A stretch of 37,524 nt of DNA from Candidatus Rifleibacteriota bacterium (GTDB lineage Bacteria; Muiribacteriota; Ozemobacteria; Ozemobacterales; Ozemobacteraceae): the NCBI GenBank assembly GCA_051747585.1, contig JBNJGH010000022.1, positions 2,928-40,451 of the forward strand, in the 5' to 3' direction. Below are positions 17,801-24,976 of this stretch, in pieces. The position numbers and the translations under genes were made by a program. Under the pieces are notes generated by a model. That model saw nothing but the letters and a program-made list of their open reading frames with translations, was not told where the DNA came from and did not search any database. How positions within the stretch are numbered: position 1 is the first letter of the stretch; each line of letters opens with the position of its first letter.

Positions 17801-19421
17801 GACAGACGAGGCTATCGAAAAATATGAAGCTGCCTATGAAGTTGTTCCAACTGAGCTGGATCCGGTATTGCAACTCGGTCTTTTGTATCAGGAAAAAAAT
17901 GATTACGAAAATGCAAAACTATGGTTTCAGAGAGTCCTGGACCTGGATGCCGGCAATTCTGTTGCAACTGACTTTTTTGCCAATCTTACCGCCTCCAAAA
18001 AATCGCAGGAGATTACAGAAGCCTTTCAAAATGCTGAAGAAGCTGAAAAAGAGGGTGATATTGACAGCGCAATTATGCATTACGACAGCATAATTGACCT
18101 TGACAATCATAACCTGGATGCAAGATATAAACTTGGTATTCTTTATGAATCAAAAAACATGTTCGACGAAGCATGTTTTGAATACGAGCAAGCTCTTGAT
18201 CTCGACAAAGAAGCAAAATACAAAGATATTGCCATAAGACTCGGTGACATTCATATAAGAAAGGGCAAAATTATTGAAGCCGTCGAAACTTTAAATCTTG
18301 CCAGAAAATATTTTCCAGGCAATCTTCAAATTAGAATTAACTTTATCACTCAGCTTAAATTCAAAGCCTTAAACAATTTTGCCTCAGCCGAAGAACTTCA
18401 AGACATAAACCAGGAAATTCGCCAGACGGTTGAAAACAGTCAAAATCCGTGCGACTGGATGGAACTCGGGCTTTTTGTTTCAAAAGGCCTTGATGAAACA
18501 ATTGACGAAGAAGCAGCGGTTTCTCAATCTATCGAATATTTCAAAAAAGTTCTTGAATTGGATCCCGGCAATATTACAGCATTGACCGAACTGGCCAAGG
18601 TATATTACCGCCGCAATATGATCGAAGAAGTTGAATCTATTTACAAACAGATTCTCGAAAAAGAACCTGAAAGTATTTATATTCATACCAAGCTTTCTGA
18701 ACTGTTTCTTACTCAGAAAAGATATGATGAAGCTATTTCAGAAATTCGTCAACTGCTCGAGCTTGACCCTACCAATGGCGATTATCACATGAAACTGATC
18801 GACATTTACAAAGAAATGTACAGCAAGAGCGAAGACAAAGACAAGAAGCTTCAAGGCGTACTTAAAGAATATCTTCAGAAGGCAGAAGCCAATCCCAAGG
18901 ATCCCATGGCAAACTTCAGTCTCGGCTACGCCTACATTACACTTGGAACCGGTTTCACCCCAACCGAAGAAGAACAGCAAAAAGCGGTCTATTATTTCAA
19001 GCTTGCCAACAGCTGCGATCCAAATCTTCTCTGGCCCTACTGGGGACTTAAAATTGTTTACAGCAAGCAGTCAATCAGCGGGAAACGCATGTATGACGAA
19101 GCAATCGCCATCTGTAGAAGAGCTCTGAAAGTCGAAGAAGATAACGCAAGAGCACACTTTGAACTGGGCGAAGCCTATAATGAAAACTATGATGTAAATA
19201 TGAAAAGCGATGCAATGCAGGAATACCGAAAAGCTATTCAGCTGGATCCGAATTACATACAAGCTCACTTTAAACTGGCCAGTATCTACAGGGTAAAGAA
19301 CATGTATGATCGAGCCAGTGAAGAGTATAATAAAGTCATAGAGCTTGACCCTACAGGCCCCCTGGCCAATGATGCCAAAAGATCGCTTGTTCATATAGAA
19401 AGATCAAAAGGCGAAGTCTAA
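14814..19421 (+). CDS. Giant tetratricopeptide repeat protein
   Basis: 1535 aa of TPR periodicity; AAGGAG SD; no signal peptide. Confidence 0.9.
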   Translation: MINRWEILLEKGQTYYDLENYQKANSTLEKVLKEKPDFVPALKLLANSLQKIDDKEGAIEVLEKIIELSPGDAATLNSLGALLLETGNNDRAIEIYEKAIELDPERKELQYDLGMLHMQRNALEKAEYRFNQALKIDPKYSAPIIELARLKITSNDINGAIELFSQALENDQDNAKLHYELGEAYELDGRYNDAIMEYKKAEYLDPDNPEVHFRIGKDLEARGKIEEALEKYQAVKELDQENVELYYRCGKLYQKLDLTDEALEEFEQIKKLKPEWLEIRYELAGIYGDKGEYEKQVNEYEAIAEQDTSSPEVMKNLAASYAASGELEKAIDSYNKALEATPDDFEILEQLYEIVLGGGDALACFDALEALSVSQPEDADLALILARASAEKGYLDEANAYYSRVLELAPERTDIKGELRMIYHNKGMVKEEIEAIKALLETDHSNIELLSDLQELQIKAGNDREAINTLMKLNQIAPSTEWLNKLGKVYTNLGFINEAANALQQAIQLDPDDVTPHETLVEIYKQRNMYDEAIRSYQAIIAKNPNNLKAHLGLGELYKKLGRTQEQVSSLKQAINLGAEDPRLFLELGSLLIQEGKKDEGAGYLGKAKEKSENSENVLTRLVDVYLINNMNQEALNELETLRQANPEDLNLYLKISRVYQTQQMFDEALEVLSQAKVIAPQDISITLQIARIYLNSGNYQKVVEILQEVRQLHPGNSEISSLISEAYAQSGDQEMAIMELKNIISQDPKNQEARVQLGKIYSISNMIDQATMTFKDIVQEFPDNPVGHVELGKIYLNMGESYKDNNMIENGFNELKSAVTLDPKCLDAHLELGIAYYDIGKVDESLEEFNKVLNLDPLHLKAKEYQNSLINSRMSSQAEEGIKQARIFSDRGMLKNAIMEYENVLQIQPQNQIAWYELGNVQIQLEQYEKALNSIQQAKEIDPEQAEIYVALAHIYLQTDQADEASIELQELLGMYPTHFQGLYLLGKIFQEKGWTDEAIEKYEAAYEVVPTELDPVLQLGLLYQEKNDYENAKLWFQRVLDLDAGNSVATDFFANLTASKKSQEITEAFQNAEEAEKEGDIDSAIMHYDSIIDLDNHNLDARYKLGILYESKNMFDEACFEYEQALDLDKEAKYKDIAIRLGDIHIRKGKIIEAVETLNLARKYFPGNLQIRINFITQLKFKALNNFASAEELQDINQEIRQTVENSQNPCDWMELGLFVSKGLDETIDEEAAVSQSIEYFKKVLELDPGNITALTELAKVYYRRNMIEEVESIYKQILEKEPESIYIHTKLSELFLTQKRYDEAISEIRQLLELDPTNGDYHMKLIDIYKEMYSKSEDKDKKLQGVLKEYLQKAEANPKDPMANFSLGYAYITLGTGFTPTEEEQQKAVYYFKLANSCDPNLLWPYWGLKIVYSKQSISGKRMYDEAIAICRRALKVEEDNARAHFELGEAYNENYDVNMKSDAMQEYRKAIQLDPNYIQAHFKLASIYRVKNMYDRASEEYNKVIELDPTGPLANDAKRSLVHIERSKGEV

Positions 19422-19436
19422 CCTTCTAAAACCATA

Positions 19437-19491
19437 AAAAAGAACTGCTTCAAAGGTTAATTTAGTTTTAACCATTGAAGCAGTTCTTTTT
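19437..19491 (+). terminator. Intrinsic (possibly bidirectional) terminator closing uppP-ftsK-TPR-TPR
   Basis: aaaaagaactgcttcaa ... ttgaagcagttcttttt inverted repeat just after the stop codon. Confidence 0.8.
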
Positions 19492-19545
19492 ATCAACTTA
19501 CTGATTAATTATATGTCTTTAATTTTCCGGATTTTTATTTGTGGT

Positions 19546-19575
19546 TTGACACCGACCTGAAATGCAAGTTATTCT
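19546..19575 (+). promoter_or_regulatory. Putative sigma70 promoter
   Basis: TTGACA-18-TATTCT upstream of the 19629 ORF. Confidence 0.45.
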
Positions 19576-19628
19576 TTCAAAACTGCAGAATATAAGTCTG
19601 TAAATACTTTGATGCGAGAGTTCTAAAA

Positions 19629-20438
19629 ATGAAATTTAAATCAAAAAGATTCAAAAAATATCGAAGTTTGGTTATTCTTTATACGGTTTTCTCTATTCTT
19701 TTCCCCTATAATCTTATGGCTGATGACAGCAACTATAAAGTACCAAAAAAATCTCTTAGCTACTTTGTTGAAGATACAAATGAAAACCAGGTAGAAATTG
19801 TTTCCCCCCCAACAAAAGTTGCAGATAAAAACAATACCGCAACAAAACCCGATACTTCGGCGAAAAAAGCCCCAGAACCAATTGTAAAAGAAAAAACTGC
19901 ACCAGAACCATATATTAGCAAGAAAACAATCAGCAGGCAGACAAATAAAGATGAACACTTTGAATTATCCTGGCCAGACAGCCAAAAAAATATAAAATCT
20001 ACTAAAACTCCAGCCAGCAAACCGCGAAAAGTTGTTAAAAAGCCAAAAGAACTTTCAAAAACTGCAGCTACAAAAAAGCATCATAAAGAGCAAGTAAAGA
20101 AACCAGTGAAAAAGACAACAAAAAAAGAACTTTCAAAAACTGCAACTGCAAAAAGGCATTATAAAGAACAAGTAAAGAAACCGGCAAAAAAGACAATAAA
20201 AAAAGATATTACCCCAAAAGCCCCTGCAAAGCAGGTCCTTGCAACAAATACCTCTGAAGAAGAACCGGTATTTTCTGAAGCTCTTAAAAGGATGCAACAA
20301 AGAGCAGCCGAAAGACGCGCTGAAGCTGAAAAACTTGGGATTGTTCTCCCAAGCCAGGGTGGCGATATGGCTTCAGTCAGTCCTGCTTTGAGCAAGATTA
20401 ACAAAACGGTAAAAAGTATCCTGAGCCGAAATCCTTAG
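19629..20438 (+). CDS. Exported or membrane-anchored Lys-rich hypothetical protein with a 26-aa duplication
   Basis: Basic N-terminus plus hydrophobic segment ending LMA; Lys-rich middle; C-terminal motif shared with 3701-5080. Confidence 0.8.
   Translation: MKFKSKRFKKYRSLVILYTVFSILFPYNLMADDSNYKVPKKSLSYFVEDTNENQVEIVSPPTKVADKNNTATKPDTSAKKAPEPIVKEKTAPEPYISKKTISRQTNKDEHFELSWPDSQKNIKSTKTPASKPRKVVKKPKELSKTAATKKHHKEQVKKPVKKTTKKELSKTATAKRHYKEQVKKPAKKTIKKDITPKAPAKQVLATNTSEEEPVFSEALKRMQQRAAERRAEAEKLGIVLPSQGGDMASVSPALSKINKTVKSILSRNP
20045..20206 (+). repeat. 78-bp tandem duplication (KELSKTAATKKHHKEQVKKPVKKTTK / KELSKTATAKRHYKEQVKKPAKKTIK)
   Basis: aaaagaactttcaaaaactgca at 20045 and 20123. Confidence 0.9.
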
Positions 20439-20445
20439 ACACTAC

Positions 20446-21759
20446 CTAATGAGCTATACATACAAGCAAATCAAAGGGCTCTAACCAGATATTATAGCGG
20501 GAATCCTGTTCTAGAGCTTTTTCAAGATTCACAATTACGGTTCGTTGCCTGAGCTTGCCGTTTTCGACGATACGCCTTTCGATTCTGGCTGTTTTCCCGG
20601 CCTCTTTGTTAAGCCCCCCGGCAGATTCTATAAGATCTGAAACCCTTAAACCTTCTTGCCATGGGTATTTTCCGGCTTTCTTAACAGCTCCTTCGATAGC
20701 TACTTTTGCCTCGTTATCAAAAAGGGCTTGAGAGAAAACCATTATCCTGTCACCATTTTTTAATTCTAAGTCAGCACTTCTGTCGCCGGCCAAAAGAGCT
20801 TTAAGCGAGAAGCTTAAAACTTCATATTCCTTTTTGACGTCGTTTCTTCTAAGCACCTCTGCATAGTTTTTTGCATGCCCATACATCAGGTTTTCCCTGG
20901 TAACCATTTCACTTAAATAAGTTCTTGTTTTTAAAACAATCTTACCCGGGTAACGAAAATGGCCGCATAGTTCGACAATATCTGGCGAATTTCCAGTCTC
21001 CGCTAGAATCTCTACCTTATCACCGTCTTCAAGTAAAAACCCGGATAATTCATCCTCAAAGAGCTTGTTATCAATTTTTTGTGACACAATATTTTTATAA
21101 AAATCTTCCTCGTAACGATAGATATCAATTTTACGACTTTTTTCGCTAAGGCTTTTAACGCCACACTTTTTTAACAGCCAGCCCAGCGACCGCTCAAAAT
21201 TATTAAGCTCATACACGCCCGCCCTGGCTACCCGACCACTGATTTTAACCAGAATTTCGGCCTGCGGAACTACGATGGTATCCCCATCAGCAAGAATAAC
21301 CCGGTCATCTTTCGTTTTTTCTGAATAAACAAATTTATACAAATCAACTTTCTGACAAGAATTATTGTCTTTCAATACTTTTATCTTACGCAGAGAACCA
21401 ATTTGATTAAGCCCCCCAGCGGTAAGAATGCCATCAATTATTGTGCTTCCGGCAGGCAGTTCAAACTGTCCGGGAAAATTAACCTCACCGGCAACACAAA
21501 TCGAAATATCATTTAGACCTTTCTGTTTTTGCCTGACTGCAACCTTTTGATCTTTATTGGCAAACAGCATTTTATAAACAGGACGTTCATCAAGGGTAAA
21601 AAAAGAACCGTTTTTGTTTGCTTGTTCAGAAAATGAACTTGCTACAGCCCTTTTCAAAGCAGCATTTGAAACGACAGCATCGTAACCAATGCTCCAGTAA
21701 TTAAGAAGCAGCATCAGCAATAAAATTGTTGATGCTCTTAAACAAAAGCCTTTATTCAT
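20446..21759 (-). CDS. SLBB (beta-grasp) repeat protein, related to polysaccharide export (Wza/KpsD-like) proteins
   Basis: Four units: VAGEVNFPGQF, ISGRVARAGVY, LCGHFRYPGK, IEGAVKKAGKY, each with a later L-x-x-[GF]D motif; start MNKGF (21759) preferred over 21828. Confidence 0.8.
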   Translation of the reverse strand: MNKGFCLRASTILLLMLLLNYWSIGYDAVVSNAALKRAVASSFSEQANKNGSFFTLDERPVYKMLFANKDQKVAVRQKQKGLNDISICVAGEVNFPGQFELPAGSTIIDGILTAGGLNQIGSLRKIKVLKDNNSCQKVDLYKFVYSEKTKDDRVILADGDTIVVPQAEILVKISGRVARAGVYELNNFERSLGWLLKKCGVKSLSEKSRKIDIYRYEEDFYKNIVSQKIDNKLFEDELSGFLLEDGDKVEILAETGNSPDIVELCGHFRYPGKIVLKTRTYLSEMVTRENLMYGHAKNYAEVLRRNDVKKEYEVLSFSLKALLAGDRSADLELKNGDRIMVFSQALFDNEAKVAIEGAVKKAGKYPWQEGLRVSDLIESAGGLNKEAGKTARIERRIVENGKLRQRTVIVNLEKALEQDSRYNIWLEPFDLLVCIAH

Positions 21760-22201
21760 AAACAACACCCCGAAGATAAAAATCAGTTTCCTGTTGCAAA
21801 AGTTTCGACATTGCAAATTTATCGACATACTTCTTCTTATTCACAACTATAACACTCAAGTGCTTAAACAATATTTAAAAACCAACCAACTAAAACCCTT
21901 TAAGCCAAGACCTTATTAAGCTTCGACTGATAATATTATCACTTAACTAGTTAAGATAAATTGCTTTTTTCGTCTTATAATTGAATTTTGGTTTTATTGC
22001 CGGATTCCGCAATGCTTTCGTTTTTGCGGCTTATGTTTTTTAGATAAATGGCAGAGCTCCGATAATTGCACAATTAAAAACTTCGACCAGCCAAACTAAT
22101 TACTGGCGGCCTTTGTGGCCTTGTGTCTCCGTGTGAGACATCTTAATTAGTCTCCGGATTTTTTTTGAGCATGGGTTAGCCATGGTAAATCATGATTATA
22201 C

Positions 22202-22230
22202 TTGCGTTTTAGAACTGATATATGTATTCT
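22202..22230 (+). promoter_or_regulatory. Putative sigma70 promoter of rimO (near-leaderless)
   Basis: TTGCGT-17-TATTCT, 8 nt before ATG 22239. Confidence 0.5.
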
Positions 22231-22238
22231 TATCGAGT

Positions 22239-23540
22239 ATGAAATTTCACATCATTTCACTTGGCTGTTCCAAAAATACTGCAGACTCTGAAGCTATTGC
22301 CAACACTTTTGCCGCTAATGGCTGGGGCTGGGCTGAGTCTCCCGTCGATGCCGACCTTCTGTTAATCAATACTTGCGGCTTTATCAAAGACGCTAAAGAA
22401 GAGTCCTTGACCACAGTTATCGAAGCTTTGAAGCTGAAATCGAAAAACCATAAGCAAAAAACTGCAGTATTCGGATGTCTGGTAAAACGCTATTACAAAC
22501 AGATCAAAAATCAAATACCGGAAATTGACTACCTGTTTGCTTTTTTAACCCCGGAAAACCTTTCGTTTCTCTGTTCATTAAACTCAGAGGCAAAAGTTCC
22601 GTCAGAACCCTATCATGAGCTCAAAAGCAGGTATTTCTCGCCGCCTCATATTGGCATACTTAAAATTGCAGAAGGCTGTAGCAATCGCTGCAGTTATTGC
22701 GCAATTCCCGAGATACGAGGCCCATTCTATTCAAGGCCTGAAGAAGAAATTTTAAAAGATGCCGAAAACCTTGCTAAAAGTGGAGCTGTTGAATTGTCTG
22801 TGGTGGCCCAGGATATAACCAGATACGGAACTGATAGTGGAGCCAACTGTCAGTTACCTGACTTATTCAAAAAGCTCAGCCAGATTAAAGGCATAAAATG
22901 GATCAGGCCCCACTACCTGCACCCGAAAGGCCTTTCCAAGCAGCTTGTTGATGATATTTTTTCTATCGACAAGGTTCTACCTTATTTCGATATACCTTTT
23001 CAACATATCTCTGATCGCATGCTGAGGCTTATGAACCGCAAAACCAGCCCGACTCATATTCGCCAACTTGTCGGTCATATTCGCCGGAATTTTAGAAAAA
23101 GCTGTATTAGAACTACTTTTATTGTTGGCTTCCCCGGAGAGAACAAAGAAGATTTTAAACAGATTCTTGATTTTATAGAGTTGCACCCAATTGATCGCGT
23201 GGGCGCATTCGCCTATTCTACCGAGGAAAACACCCCGGCAAGCAAAATTATTCCAAAGGTTCCTGCTGCAATTAAGCAAGAACGTCTCGACAAACTAATG
23301 ACTTTACAACAATTAGTTGTAGAAGAACGCAATCGAAAACTTATAAACAAAAAGGTTGAAGTTATTATTGATGAAGTTCTTGCTGACAGTGTCTTAGGGC
23401 GAACGCCATGGGATTCTTATGAAATAGACAATTTAACCACTATAGAAGGCACCTCAGACTTGGACTTGAAACCCGGTCAGATAGTAAAAGCGCGCATCAT
23501 TGAAGCCGATGCTTATGACTTTAAGGCAGAATTGGTATGA
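22239..23540 (+). CDS. rimO: Ribosomal protein S12 methylthiotransferase
   Basis: SLGCSKN, INTCGFI, radical SAM CSNRCSYC, LRLMNR, RTTFIVGFPGE, C-terminal TRAM; directly upstream of pgsA. Confidence 0.92.
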   Translation: MKFHIISLGCSKNTADSEAIANTFAANGWGWAESPVDADLLLINTCGFIKDAKEESLTTVIEALKLKSKNHKQKTAVFGCLVKRYYKQIKNQIPEIDYLFAFLTPENLSFLCSLNSEAKVPSEPYHELKSRYFSPPHIGILKIAEGCSNRCSYCAIPEIRGPFYSRPEEEILKDAENLAKSGAVELSVVAQDITRYGTDSGANCQLPDLFKKLSQIKGIKWIRPHYLHPKGLSKQLVDDIFSIDKVLPYFDIPFQHISDRMLRLMNRKTSPTHIRQLVGHIRRNFRKSCIRTTFIVGFPGENKEDFKQILDFIELHPIDRVGAFAYSTEENTPASKIIPKVPAAIKQERLDKLMTLQQLVVEERNRKLINKKVEVIIDEVLADSVLGRTPWDSYEIDNLTTIEGTSDLDLKPGQIVKARIIEADAYDFKAELV

Positions 23541-24160
23541 ATCTGGCAACCAAACTAACCCTCTTGAGAGTTCTCTGTATTCCCTTCTTTATAATAGCCT
23601 TTATCTGGGAAGGTAAAAACCTTGAACTAACCGGAGACTGGGGCAAAATAATTGCCACAGTAATTTTTATAATCGCAGCGATAACCGACTATTACGATGG
23701 ATACCTTGCACGACGCTACAAACAGGTAACGACCCTGGGACGTTTCATGGATCCGATAGCCGACAAACTTCTGGTTTCAACTGCTTTGATATTAATGGTT
23801 GAATACAAAGCAATCACCTTTGTGCCCGGCTATGTAGCCGTGATAATAATAGCTCGCGAATTTGCCGTTACCGGATTAAGGCTCATTTGTGCTGAAAAAG
23901 GTAAGGTTATAGATGCAAGCAGCGCAGGCAAGCTTAAAACCACCACTCAGCTAACTGCTATTATTACAACTTTATGCCTTATTTGTTTAAGAATTTTATT
24001 TAAGACCTATTCACTTAATGAGTATTCTGTTATTCTAATGAAGTTATACGCACCGGCAATTCAGATATTAATGCTGATTGCCTCAATTTCAACCATTTAT
24101 TCAGGTTATGACTATTTCAAAAAGAACTGGAACCAACTGGACGAGCAGCTCCAGGAGTAA
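23537..24160 (+). CDS. pgsA: CDP-diacylglycerol--glycerol-3-phosphate 3-phosphatidyltransferase
   Basis: TDYYDGYLARR, GRFMDPIADKLLV, REFAVTGLR, GKLKT; ATGA overlap with rimO. Confidence 0.95.
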   Translation: MNLATKLTLLRVLCIPFFIIAFIWEGKNLELTGDWGKIIATVIFIIAAITDYYDGYLARRYKQVTTLGRFMDPIADKLLVSTALILMVEYKAITFVPGYVAVIIIAREFAVTGLRLICAEKGKVIDASSAGKLKTTTQLTAIITTLCLICLRILFKTYSLNEYSVILMKLYAPAIQILMLIASISTIYSGYDYFKKNWNQLDEQLQE

Positions 24161-24611
24161 TTTTGTTTTTAAACTGCTCGGAACCTGTTTTGGCCTTGGT
24201 TACCTGCCGGGTCCAAACGGTGCCTGGGGCAGTCTATTCGGCATCGCCCTGTATCTGTTAACTAAAAATTTCAGTTCTATCACTCAGGGATTATTGCTTT
24301 TTTTCATTATTTTAATGGCCATAGGAATCTCTGAAAAGCTTGAAAAGATTTTAAAGACCAAAGATCCCGAAGAGGTAATAATTGACGAAGCGGTTGGCAT
24401 GTGGGTTGGCTTATTATTTATCTGGAATGTTAACTGGCTGATTGTTTTAGCTGCATTTATTCTTTTTAGATTATTTGACGGCTTCAAGCCTTTCCCCTTA
24501 AATCTTTTTCAAACCTTTAGAGGTGGAGTCGGTATCATGGCTGACGACATAGCTGCCGGAATGATCACCAATTTCATAATCAGAATACTTATTTTCAAGG
24601 GTGTTTTTTAA
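24108..24611 (+). CDS. pgpA: Phosphatidylglycerophosphatase A
   Basis: FGLGYLP-GAWGS, DPEEVIIDE, FRLFD-KPFP, GGVGIMADD; start uncertain and overlaps the pgsA 3' end. Confidence 0.92.
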   Translation: MTISKRTGTNWTSSSRSNFVFKLLGTCFGLGYLPGPNGAWGSLFGIALYLLTKNFSSITQGLLLFFIILMAIGISEKLEKILKTKDPEEVIIDEAVGMWVGLLFIWNVNWLIVLAAFILFRLFDGFKPFPLNLFQTFRGGVGIMADDIAAGMITNFIIRILIFKGVF

Positions 24612-24628
24612 TATCCCTCCTTAGCGAT

Positions 24629-24803
24629 TTTTCGTCATTCCGGCCGAATGAAATGAGAGCCGGAATCCAGGGTCAGGGCAAAAAAATGCTTTTATTTAAG
24701 ACAAAGGGCTCAAAATTTTGAGCCCTTTGTCTTATATTTGTTAATAACATAAACGACAATTATTCTGGATTCCTGATCCGGTTATAACCGGTCAGAAATG
24801 ACG
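24629..24803. repeat. Composite palindromic element: GTCATTCC-type outer arms enclosing a perfect inner palindrome
   Basis: cgtcattccggc...gccggaatccag left arm; ctggattcc...aatgacg right arm; inner taagacaaagggctcaaaattttgagccctttgtctta. Confidence 0.85.
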
Positions 24804-24832
24804 GATAGAAATTTGAGATTGATTGTTTCCAT

Positions 24833-24911
24833 GAGCGGTTCGCGAACCGCCCCTACAAAAGCAATGCGTTCGGGACAAATGGGATCGGGCCGACATGTAG
24901 TCGGCCCCTGC
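24833..24911 (-). repeat. Two GTAG-family REP-like hairpins
   Basis: gagcggttcgcgaaccgcccctac (24833-24856) and gggccgacatgtagtcggcccctgc (24887-24911); read G[TC]AGGGGC plus hairpin on the minus strand. Confidence 0.7.
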
Positions 24912-24920
24912 TTTTAAAAT

Positions 24921-24958
24921 AAAAAAATCCCTTCAAACCGGAGTTTGAAGGGATTTTT
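24921..24958. terminator. Bidirectional intrinsic terminator
   Basis: aaaaatcccttcaaac-cgga-gtttgaagggattttt between convergent pgpA and the C25 gene. Confidence 0.85.
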
Positions 24959-24976
24959 ATTTCAGTTATTTAATGA

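Noticed and set aside
10482..19394. Numerous short antisense and alternate-frame ORFs within large genes
   Set aside because: They fully overlap well-supported CDSs and have no motifs or SDs
9912..19421. TPR genes as magnetosome MamA, O-GlcNAc transferase or a defence system
   Set aside because: They are far longer than MamA with no mam neighbours, and I see no glycosyltransferase, CHAT, NTPase or nuclease motifs
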